From Bugula neritina (taxonomy: Eukaryota; Animalia; Bryozoa), in contig CAXIUT010000183.1 of the NCBI GenBank assembly GCA_964035545.1, positions 1,488,001 through 1,552,000 on the forward strand: DNA of 64,000 nucleotides. Reading direction: 5' to 3'. Below are positions 47,501 through 62,300 of the stretch, one piece after another (within the stretch, counting starts at the first letter, position 1; every line of letters starts with the position of its first letter). The position numbers and the translations under genes were made by a program. The notes beneath the pieces were generated by a model, which had not been told where the DNA came from, made no database searches, and saw nothing but the letters and a program-made list of their open reading frames with translations.

Positions 47501-50000
47501 CTGAAATATATTGCGACACATTGCAATATACTGTAACATACTGAAAAATGCTGTAGCACACTGAAATATACTGCAATTCACTGAAATATACTGCAACATA
47601 CTGAAATACACCGCAACATCCTACAACATACTGAAATACACTGTAACATATTGAAATACACTGCAACACATTGAAATATACTGCAACATAACGAAATATA
47701 TGGTAAACTACTGAAATGGACTTTAACACATTGAAAAATACTGCAACATACAGAAATATACTGTAACACACTGAAATATACTGCAACATACTGAAATACA
47801 CTGTAGCATTCTGAAATATACTGCAACATACTGAAATACACTGCTACATACTGAAATATACTGCAACCTACTGCAACATACTGCAATATACTGAAATACA
47901 CTGTAACATATTGAAGTACACTGCAACACATTGAAATATACTGCAACATACCAAAATATATGGTAAACAACTGAAATATACTTTAACACATTGAAAAATA
48001 CTGCAACATACTGAAATATACTGCGACACTTTGCAATATACTGTAACATACCGAAATATGCTCTAGCACACTGAAATACACTGCAACTCACTGAAATATA
48101 CTGCAACATACTGAAATACACTGTGACATCCTGAAATATACTGCAACATACTGAAATACACTGCTACATACTGAAATATACTGCAACATACTGCAACATA
48201 CTGAAATACACTGCAACATACTACAACATACTGAAATACACTGCAACACATTGAAATATACTGCAACATACCTAAATATACGGTAATATACCGAAATATA
48301 CTGTAACGCATTGCAAAATACTGCAACATACTGAAATACACTGCGACACACTGAAATACGCTGCAAAATACTACAACATACTGAAATAAACTGTAACATA
48401 TTGAAATACACTGCAATACATTGAAAAATAATGCAATATACTGAAATATATGTAACACACTGAAATATACTGCAACATACTGAAATACACTGTAACATAC
48501 TGAAATATACTGCAACGTACTGAAATACACTGCTACATACTGAAATATACTGTAACATACTGCAACATACTGAAATACACTGTAACATACTGAGATACAC
48601 TGCAACATACTACAACATATTGAAATACACTGCAACACATTGAAATATACTGCTACATACTGAAATATACTGCAACTCACTGAAATATACTGCAACATAC
48701 TGAACTACACCGCACCATCCTAAAACATACTGAAATCTACTGTAACATATTGAAATACACTGCAACACATTGAAATATACTGCAGCATAACGAAATATAT
48801 GGTAAACTAATGAAATATATTTTAACACATTGAAAAATACTGCAACATACTGAAATATACTGCGACACCTAGCAATATACTGTAACATACTGAAATATGC
48901 TCTAGCACACTGAAATACAATGCAACTCACTGAAATATACTGCAACATACTGAAATACACTGCAACATCCTACAACATGCTGAAATAGACTGTAACATAT
49001 TGAAATACACTGCAACACTTTGAAACATACTGCAACATACCGAAATATATGGTAAACTACTGCAACATACTACAACATATTGAAATACACTGCAACACAT
49101 TGAAATATACTGCAACATACCTAAATATACGGTAATATACTGAAATTCACTGTAACGCATTGCAAAATACTGCAACATACTGAAATTCACTGTGACACAC
49201 TGAAATACGCTGCAAAATACTGAAATACACTGTGACATCCTGAAATATACTGCAACATTCTGAAATACACTGCTACATACTGAAATATACTGCAACATAC
49301 TGCAACATACTGAAATACACTGCAACACACTACAACATACTGAAATACGCTGCAACACATTGAAATATACTGCAACATACCTAAATATACGGTAATATAC
49401 CGAAATATACTGTAACGCATTGCAAAATACTGCAACATACTGAAATACACTGCGACACACTGAAATACGCTGCAAAATACTACAACATACTGAAATAAAC
49501 TGTAACATATTGAAATACACTGCAATACATTGAAATATACTGCAACATACCGAAATATATGGTGAACTACTGAAATATACTGTAACACATTGAAAAATAC
49601 TGCAACATACTGAAATATACTGCAACATACCTAAATATACGGTAATATACTGAAATATACTGCAACACACCGAAATATACTGCAACATTCTGAAATACAC
49701 TGTAACATACTGAAATATACTGCATCATACTGAAATACACTGCTACATACTGAAATATACTGCAACATACTGCAACATACTGAAATACACTGTAACATAC
49801 TGAAATAAACTGCAACATACTACGACATATTGAAATACACTGCAACACATTGAAATATACTGCTACATACCTAAATATACGGTAATATACTGAAATATAC
49901 TGTAACACATTGAAAAAACTGCAACATACTGAAATACACTGCAACACACTGAAATACACCGCAAAAAACTACAACATACTGAAATACACTGTAACATATT
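27060..50000. repeat. Five-copy ~4.87-kb higher-order repeat (unit lengths about 4616, 3697, 4866, 4756, 4865)
   Basis: The diagnostic string CTACACCGCACCATCCTAAAACATACTGAAATCTACT occurs at 30521, 34238, 39084, 43840 and 48705. ORF anchors fall at 31679, 35376, 40242, 44998 and 49863. Confidence 0.9.
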
Positions 50001-53000
50001 GAAATCCACTGCAACACATTGAAATATACTGCAACATACCGAAATATATGGTAAACTAATGAAATATACTGTAACACATTGAAAAATACCGCAACATACT
50101 GAAATATACTGCGACACATTGCAATATACTGTAACATATTGAAATATGCTGTAGCACACTGAAATACACTGCAACATCCTACAACATACTGAAATACACT
50201 GCAACATATTGAAATACACTGCAAGAAATTGAAATAGACTGCAACATAACAAAATATATGGTAAACTACTGAAATAGACCTTAACACATTGCAAAATACT
50301 ACAACATACTGAAATAAACTGTAACATATTGAAATACACTGCAATACATTGAAAAATAATGCAATATACTGAAATATACTGTAACACACTGAAATATACT
50401 GCAACATACTGAAATACACTGTAACATACTGAAATATACTGCAACGTACTGAAATACACTGCTACATACTGAAATATACTGTAGCATACTGCAACATACT
50501 GAAATACACTGTAACATACTGAGATACACTGTCGCATACTCCAACATATTGAACTACACTGCAACACATTGAAATATATTGCAACTTATCGAATATATGG
50601 AAAACTACTGAAATATACTGTAACGCATTGAAAAAGACTGCAACATACTGAAATATATTGCGACACATTGCAATATACTGTAATTTACTGAAAAATGCTG
50701 TAGCACACTGAAATATACTGCAATTCGCTGAAATATACTGCAACATTCTGAAATACACCGCAACATCCTACAACATACTAAAATACACTGTAACATTTCG
50801 AAATACACTGCAACACATTGAATTATACTGCAACATAACGAAATATATGGTAAACTACTAAAATGTATTTTAACAAATTGAAAAATACTGCAACATACTG
50901 AAATATACTGTAACACACTGAAGTATACTGCAACATACTGAAATACACTGTAACATACTGAAATATACTGCAACATACTGAAATACACTGCTACATACTG
51001 AAATATACTGCAACGTTCTGCAACATACTGCAACATACTGAAATACACTGTAACATACTGAAATACACTGCAACATATTACCACATATTGAAATACACTG
51101 CAACACATTGAAATGTACTGCAACATACCGAAATATATGGTAAACTACTAAAATATACTGTAACACATTGAAAAGTACTGCAACATACTGAAATATACTG
51201 CGACACCTAGCAATATACTGTAACATACTGAAATATGCTTTAGCACACTGAAATACAATGCAACTTACTGAAATATACTGCAACATACTGAAATACACTG
51301 CAACATCCTACAATATGCTGAAATACACAGTAACATATTGAAATACACTGCAACACTTTGAAAAATACTGCAACATACTGAAATATACTGTAACACACCG
51401 AAATATACTGCAACATACTGAAATACACAGTAACATACTGAAATACACTGCTACATACTGAAATATACTACAACATGCTGCAACGTACTGAAACACGCTG
51501 TAACATACTGAAATACACTGCAACATACTACAACATATTGAAATACACTGCAACACATTGAAATGTACTGCAACATACCGAAATATACGGTAATATACTG
51601 AAATATACTGTAACACATTGAAAAATACTGCAACATACTGAAATACACTGCAACACACTGAAACACACCGCAAAAAACTACAACATACTGAAATACACTG
51701 TAACATATTAAAACATACTGCAACATACTGCAACATACTGAAACACACTGCAACACACTGAAATATACCGCAAAATACTACAACATACTGAAATACACTG
51801 TAACATATTGAAATACACTGCAACACATTGAAATAAACTGCAACATACCGAAATATATGGTAAACTATTGAAATATACTGTAACACATTGAAAAATACCG
51901 CAACATACTGAAATATACTGCGACACATTGCAATATACTGTAACATACTGAAATATGCTGTACCACACTGAAATACACTGCAACATCCTACAACATACTG
52001 AAATACACTGTAACATATTGAAATACACTGCAACACATTGAAATATACTGCAACATAACAAAATATATGGTAAACTACTGAAATAGACTTTAACACATTG
52101 AAAAATACTGCAACATACTGAAATATACTGTAACACACTGAATTATACTGCGACATACTGAAATACACTGTAACATACTGAAATATACTGCAACATACTG
52201 AAATACACTGCTACATACTGAAATATACTGCAACGTACTGCAACATACTCCAGCATACTGAAATACACTGTAACATACTGAAATACACTGCAACATACTA
52301 CCACATATTGAAATACACTGCAACACATTGAAATGTACTGCAACATACCGAAATATATGGTAAACTACTAAAATATACTGTAACATATTGAAAAATACTG
52401 CAACATACTGAAATATACAGCGACACCTAGCAATATACTGTAACATACTGAAATATGCTCTAGCACACTGAAATACAATGCAACTTACTGAAATATACTG
52501 CAACATACTGAAATACACTGCAACATCCTACAATATGCTGAAATACACTGTAACATATTGAAATACACTGCAACAATTTGAAATATACTGCAACATACCG
52601 AAATATATGGTAAACTACTGCAACATACTACAACATATTGAAATACACTGCAACACATTGAAGTATACTGCAACATACCTAAATATACGGTAATATACTG
52701 AAATATACTGTAACACATTGAAAAATACTGCAACATACTGAAATATACTGTAACACACCGAAATATACTGCATCATACTGAAATACACTGTAACATACTG
52801 AAATATACTGCAACATACTGAAATACACTGCTACATACTGAAATATGCTGCAACATACTGCAACATACTGAAATACACTGTAACATACTGAAATAAACTG
52901 CAACATACTACAACATATTGAAATACACTGCAACACATTGAAATATACTGCAACATACCTAAATATACGGTAATATACTGAAATTCACTGTAACGCATTG

Positions 53001-53358
53001 CAACATACTGCAACATACTGAAATTCACTGCGACACACTGAAATACGCTGCAAAATACTACAACATACTGAAATAAACTGTAACATATTGAAATACACTG
53101 CAACACATAGAAAAATACTGCAACATACTGAAATATACTGTAACACACTGAAATATACTGCAACAAACCGAAATACACTGTAACATACTGAAATATACTG
53201 CAACATACTGAAATTCACTGCGACACACTGAAATACGCTGCAAAATACTACAACATACTGAAATAAACTGTAACATATTGAAATACACTGCAACACATAG
53301 AAAAATACTGCAACATACTGAAATATACTGCAACGCATTGAAATGTACTGCAACATAC

Positions 53359-56300
53359 CGAAATATATGGTAAACTACTAAAATATACTGTAACATATTG
53401 AAAAATACTGTAACATACTGAAATATACTGCAACATACTGAAATACACTGCTACATACTGAAATATACTGCAACGTACTGCAACATACTGCAACATACTG
53501 AAATACACTGTAACATACTGAAATACACTGCAACATATTACCACATATTGAAATACACTGCAACACATTGAAATGTACTGCAACATACCGAAATATATGG
53601 TAAACTACTAAAATATACTGTAACACATTGAAAAATACTGCAACATACTGAAATATACTGTAACACACCGAAATATACTGCGACACCTAGCAATATACTG
53701 TAACATACTGAAATATGCTCTAGCACACTGAAATACAATGCAACTTACTGAAATATACTGCAACATACTGAAATACACTGCAACATCCTACAATATGCTG
53801 AAATACACAGTAACATATTGAAATACACTGCAACACTTTGAAATATACTGCAACATACCGAAAGATATGGTAAACTACTGCAACATACTACAACATACTG
53901 AAATACACTGCAACACATTGAAATGTACTGTGACATACCTAAATATACGGTAATATACTGAAATATACTGTAACACATTGAAAAATACTGCAACATACTG
54001 AAATATACTGTAACACACCGAAATATACTGCAACATACTGAAATACACAGTAACATACTGAAATACACTGCTACATACTGAAATATACTGCAACATACTG
54101 CAACATACTGAAATACACAGTAACATACTGAAATAAACTGCAACATACTACAACATATTGAAATACACTGCAACACATTGAAATATACTGCAACATACCT
54201 AAATATACGGTAATATACTGAAATTCACTGTAACGCATTGCAAAATACTGCAACATACTGAAATTCACTGCGACACACTGAAATACGCTGCAAAATACTA
54301 CAACATACTGAAATAAACTGTAACATATTGAAATACACTGCAACACATTGAAAAACACTGCAACATACTGAAATATACTGTAACACACTGAAATACACTG
54401 CAACATACTGAAATACACTGCAACACACTGAAATACACCGCAAAATACTACAACATACTGAAATACACTGTAACATACCGAAATATATGGTAAACTAATG
54501 AAATATACTGTAACACATTGAAAAATACCGCAACATACTGAAATATACTGCGACACATTGCAATATACTGTAACATACTGAAATATGCTGTAGCACACTG
54601 AAATACACTGCAACATCCTACAACATACTGAAATACACTGTAACATATTGAAATACACTGCAAGAAATTGAAATAGACTGCAACACAACAAAATATATGG
54701 TAAACTACTGAAATAGACTTTAACACATTGAAAAATACTGCAACATACAGAAATATACTGTAACACACTGAAATATACTGCAACATACTGAAATACACTG
54801 TAACATACTGAAATATACTGCAACATACTGAAATACACTGCTACATACTGAAATATACCGCAACATACTGCAACATGCTGCAACATACTGAAACACGCTG
54901 TAACATACTGAAATACACTGCAACATACTACAACATATTGAAATACACTGCAACACATTGAAATGTACTGCAACATACCGAAATATACGGTAATACACTG
55001 AAATATACTGTAACACATTGAAATACACTGCAACACATTGAAGTATACTGCAACATACCTAAATATACGGTAATATACTGAAATATACTGTAACACATTG
55101 AAAAATGCTGCAACATACTGAAATATACTGTAACACACCGAAATATACTGCACCATACTGAAATACACTGTAACATACTGAAATATACTGCAACATACTG
55201 AAATACACTGCTACATACTGAAATATGCTGCAACATACTGCAACATACTGAAATACACTGTAACATACTGAAATAAACTGCAACATACTACAACATATTG
55301 AAATACACTGCAACACATTGAAATATACTGCAACATACTTAAATATACGGTAATATACTGAAATATACTGTAACACATTGAAAAATACTGCAACATACTG
55401 AAATACACTGCAACACACTGAAACACACCGCAAAAAACTACAACATACTGAAATACACTGTAACATATTAAAACATACTGCAACATACTGCAACATACTG
55501 AAATACACTGCAACACACTGAAATATACCGCAAAATACTACAACATACTGAAATACACTGTAACATATTGAAATACACTGCAACACATTGAAATAAACTG
55601 CAACATACCGAAATATATGGTAAACTAATGAAATATACTGTAACACATTGAAAAATACCGCAACATACTGAAATATACTGCGACACATTGCAATATACTG
55701 TAACATACTGAAATATGCTGTAGCACACTGAAATACACTGCAACATCCTACAACATACTGAAATACACTGTAACATATTGAAATACACTGCAACACATTG
55801 AAATATACTGCAACATAACAAAATATATGGTAAACTACTGAAATAGACTTTAACACATTGAAAAATACTGCAACATACTGAAATATATTGTAACACACTG
55901 AATTATACTGCGACATACTGAAATACACTGTAACATACTGAAATATACTGCAACATACTGAAATACACTGCTACATACTGAAATATACTGCAACGTACTG
56001 CAACATACTCCAGCATACTGAAATACACTGTAACATACTGAAATACACTGCAACATACTACCACATATTGAAATACACTGCAACACATTGAAATGTACTG
56101 CAACATACCGAAATATATGGTAAACTACTAAAATATACTGTAACATATTGAAAAATACTGCAACATACTGAAATATACTGCGACACCTAGCAATATACTG
56201 TAACATACTGAAATATGCTCTAGCACACTGAAATACAATGCAACTTACTGAAATATACTGCAACATACTGAAATACACTGCAACATCCTACAATATGCTG

Positions 56301-59300
56301 AAATACACTGTAACATATTGAAATACACTGCAACAATTTGAAATATACTGCAACATACCGAAATATATGGTAAACTACTGCAACATACTACAACATATTG
56401 AAATACACTGCAACACATTGAAGTATACTGCAACATACCTAAATATACAGTAATATACTGAAATATACTGTAACACATTGAAAAATACTGCAACATACTG
56501 AAATATACTGTAACACACCGAAATATACTGCACCATACTGAAATACACTGTAACATACTGAAATATACTGCAACATACTGAAATACACTGCTACATACTG
56601 AAATATGCTGCAACATACTGCAACATACTGAAATACACTGTAACATACTGAAATAAACTGCAACATACTACAACATATTGAAATACACTGCAACACATTG
56701 AAATATACTGCAACATACCTAAATATACGGTAATATACTGAAATTCACTGTAACGCATTGCAACATACTGCAACATACTGAAATTCACTGCGACACACTG
56801 AAATACGCTGCAAAATACTACAACATACTGGAATAAACTGTAACATATTGAAATACACTGCAACACATAGAAAAATACTGCAACATACTGAAATATACTG
56901 TAACACACTGAAATATACTGCAACATACCGAAATACACTGTAACATACTGAAATATACTGCAACATACTGAAATTCACTGCGACACACTGAAATACGCTG
57001 CAAAATACTACAACATACTGAAATAAACTGTAACATATTGAAATACACTGCAACACATAGAAAAATACTGCTACATACTGAAATATACTGCAACATACTG
57101 CAAAACACTGCAACATACTGAAATACACTGTAACATATTGAAGTACACTGCAACACATTGAAATATACTGCAACATACCAAAATATATGGTAAACAACTG
57201 AAATATACTTTATCACATTGAAAAATACTGCAACATACTGAAATATACTGCGACACTTTGCAATATACTGTAACATACCGAAATATGCTCTAGCACACTG
57301 AAATACACTGCAACTCACTGAAATAAACTGCAACATACTGAAATACACTGTGACATCCTGAAATATACTGCAACATTCTGAAATACACTGCTACATACTG
57401 AAATATACTGCAACATACTGCAACATACTGAAATACACTGCAACATACTACAACATACTGAAATACGCTGCAACACATTGAAATATACTGCAACATACCT
57501 AAATATACGGTAATATACCGAAATATACTGTAACGCATTGAAAAATACTGCAACATACTGAAATACACTGCGACACACTGAAATACTCTGCAAAATACTA
57601 CAACATACTGAAATAAACTGTAACATATTGAAATACACTGCAATACATTGAAAAATAATGCAATATACTGAAATATACTGTAACACACTGAAATATACTG
57701 CAACATACTGAAATACACTGTAACATACTGAAATATACTGCAACGTACTGAAATACACTGCTACATACTGAAATATACTGTAGCATACTGCAACATACTG
57801 AAATACACTGTAACATACTGAGATACACTGTCGCATACTGCAACATATTGAACTACACTGCAACACATTGAAATATATTGCAACTTATCGAATATATGGA
57901 AAACTACTGAAATATACTGTAACGCATGGAAAAAGACTGCAACATACTGAAATATATTGCGACACATTGCAATATACTGTAATTTACTGAAAAATGCTGT
58001 AGCACACTGAAATATACTGCAATTCGCTGAAATATACTGCAACATTCTGAAATACACCGCAACATTCTACAACATACTAAAATACACTGTAACATTTCGA
58101 AATACACTGCAACACATTGAATTATACTGCAACATAATGAAATATATGGTAAACTACTGAAATGTATTTTAACAAATTGAAAAATACTGCAACATACTGA
58201 AATATACTGTAACACACTGAAGTATACTGCAACATACTGAAATACACTGAAACATACTGAAATATACTGCAACATACTGAAATACACTGCTACATACTGA
58301 AATATACTGCAACGTACTGCAACATACTGCAACATACTGAAATACACTGTAACATACTGAAATACACTGCAACATATTACCACATATTGAAATACACTGC
58401 AACACATTGAAATGTACTGCAACATACCGAAATATATGGTAAACTACTAAAATATACTGTAACACATTGAAAAATACTGCAACATACTGAAATATACTGC
58501 GACACCTAGCAATATACTGTAACATACTGAAATATGCTCTAGCACACTGAAATACAATGCAACTTACTGAAATATACTGCAACATACTGAAATACACTGC
58601 AACATCCTACAATATGCTGAAATACACAGTAACATATTGAAATACACTGCAACACTTTGAAATATACTGCAACATACCGAAATAAATGGTAAACTACTGC
58701 AACATACTACAACATACTGAAATACACTGCAACACATTGAAATATACTGTGACATACCTAAATATACGGTAAGATACTGAAATATACTGTAACACATTGA
58801 AAAATACTGCAACATACTGAAATATACTGTAACACACCGAAATATACTGCAACATACTGAAATACACAGAAACATACTGAAATACACTGCTACATACTGA
58901 AATACACTGCTACATACAGAAATATGCTGCAACATACTGCAACATACTGAAATACACTGTAACATACTGAAATAAACTGCAACATACTACAACATATTGA
59001 AATACACTGCAACACATTGAAATATACTGCAACATACCTAAATATACGGTAATATACTGAAATTCACTGTAACGCATTGCAAAATACTGCAACATACTGA
59101 AATTCACTGCGACACACTGAAATACGCTGCAAAATACTACAACATACTGAAATAAACTGTAACATATTGAAATACACTGCAACACATAGAAAAATACTGC
59201 AACATACTGAAATATACTGTAACACACTGAAATATACTGCAACATACTGAAATACACTGTAACATACTGAAATATACTGCAACATACTGAAATACACTGC

Positions 59301-62300
59301 TACATACGGAAATATTCTGCAACATACTGCAACATACTGCAATACACTGTAACATACTGAAATACACTGCAACATACGACAACATATTGAAATACACTGC
59401 AACACATTGAAATACACTGCAACTTACCGAATATATGGCAAACTACTGAAATATACTGTAACGCATTGAAAAATACTGCAACATACTGAAATATATTGCG
59501 ACACATTGCAATATACTGTAACATACTGAAAAATGCTGTAGCACACTGAAATATACTGCAATTCACTGAAATATACTGCAACATACTGAAATACACCGCA
59601 ACATCCTACAACATACTGAAATACACTGTAACATATTGAAATACACTGCAACACATTGAAATATACTGCAACATAACGAAATATATGGTAAACTACTAAA
59701 ATATACTGTAACATATTGAAAAATACTGTAACATACTGAAATATACTGCAACATACTGAAATACACTGCTACATACTGAAATATACTGCAACGTACTGCA
59801 ACATACTGCAACATACTGAAATACACTGTAACATACTGAAATACACTGCAACATATTACCACATATTGAAATACACTGCAACACATTGAAATGTACTGCA
59901 ACATACCGAAATATATGGTAAACTACTAAAATATACTGTAACACATTGAAAAATACTGCAACATACTGAAATATACTGTAACACACCGAAATATACTGCG
60001 ACACCTAGCAATATACTGTAACATACTGAAATATGCTCTAGCACACTGAAATACAATGCAACTTACTGAAATATACTTCAACGTACTGAAATACACTGCA
60101 ACATCCTACAATATGCTGAAATACACAGTAACATATTGAAATACACTGCAACACTTTGAAATATACTGCAACATACCGAAAGATATGGTAAACTACTGCA
60201 ACATACTACAACATACTGAAATACACTGCAACACATTGAAATGTACTGTGACATACCTAAATATACGGTAATATACTGAAATATACTGTAACACATTGAA
60301 AAATACTGCAACATACTGAAATATACTGTAAAACACCGAAATATACTGCAACATACTGAAATACACAGTAACATACTGAAATACACTGCTACATACTGAA
60401 ATATACTGCAACATACTGCAACATACTGAAATACACAGTAACATACTGAAATAAACTGCAACATACTACAACATATTGAAATACACTGCAACACATTGAA
60501 ATATACTGCAACATACCTAAATATACGGTAATATACTGAAATTCACTGTAACGCATTGCAAAATACTGCAACATACTGAAATTCACTGCGACACACTGAA
60601 ATACGCTGCAAAATACTACAACATACTGAAATAAACTGTAACATATTGAAATACACTGCAACACATTGAAAAACACTGCAACATACTGAAATATACTGTA
60701 ACACACTGAAATACACTGCAACATACTGAAATACACTGCAACACACTGAAATACACCGCAAAATACTACAACATACTGAAATACACTGTAACATACCGAA
60801 ATATATGGTAAACTAATGAAATATACTGTAACACATTGAAAAATACCGCAACATACTGAAATATACTGCGACACATTGCAATATACTGTAACATACTGAA
60901 ATATGCTGTAGCACACTGAAATACACTGCAACATCCTACAACATACTGAAATACACTGTAACATATTGAAATACACTGCAAGAAATTGAAATAGACTGCA
61001 ACACAACAAAATATATGGTAAACTACTGAAATAGACTTTAACACATTGAAAAATACTGCAACATACAGAAATATACTGTAACACACTGAAATATACTGCA
61101 ACATACTGAAATACACTGTAACATACTGAAATATACTGCAACATACTGAAATACACTGCTACATACTGAAATATACCGCAACATACTGCAACATGCTGCA
61201 ACATACTGAAATACGCTGTAACATACTGAAATACACTGCAACATACTACAACATATTGAAATACACTGCAACACATTGAAATGTACTGCAACATACCGAA
61301 ATATACGGTAATACACTGAAATATACTGTAACACATTGAAATACACTGCAACACATTGAAGTATACTGCAACATACCTAAATATACGGTAATATACTGAA
61401 ATATACTGTAACACATTGAAAAATGCTGCAACATACTGAAATATACTGTAACACACCGAAATATACTGCACCATACTGAAATACACTGTAACATACTGAA
61501 ATATACTGCAACATACTGAAATACACTGCTACATACTGAAATATGCTGCAACATACTGCAACATACTGAAATACACTGTAACATACTGAAATAAACTGCA
61601 ACATACTACAACATATTGAAATACACTGCAACACATTGAAATATACTGCAACATACCTAAATATACGGTAATATACTGAAATATACTGTAACACATTGAA
61701 AAATACTGCAACATACTGAAATACACTGCAACACACTGAAACACACCGCAAAAAACTACAACATACTGAAATACACTGTAACATATTAAAACATACTGCA
61801 ACATACTGCAACATACTGAAATACACTGCAACACACTGAAATATACCGCAAAATACTACAACATACTGAAATACACTGTAACATATTGAAATACACTGCA
61901 ACACATTGAAATAAACTGCAACATACCGAAATATATGGTAAACTAATGAAATATACTGTAACACATTGAAAAATACCGCAACATACTGAAATATACTGCG
62001 ACACATTGCAATATACTGTAACATACTGAAATATGCTGTAGCACACTGAAATACACTGCAACATCCTACAACATACTGAAATACACTGTAACATATTGAA
62101 ATACACTGCAACACATTGAAATATACTGCAACATAACAAAATATATGGTAAACTACTGAAATAGACTTTAACACATTGAAAAATACTGCAACATACTGAA
62201 ATATATTGTAACACACTGAATTATACTGCGACATACTGAAATACACTGTAACATACTGAAATATACTGCAACATACTGAAATACACTGCTACATACTGAA

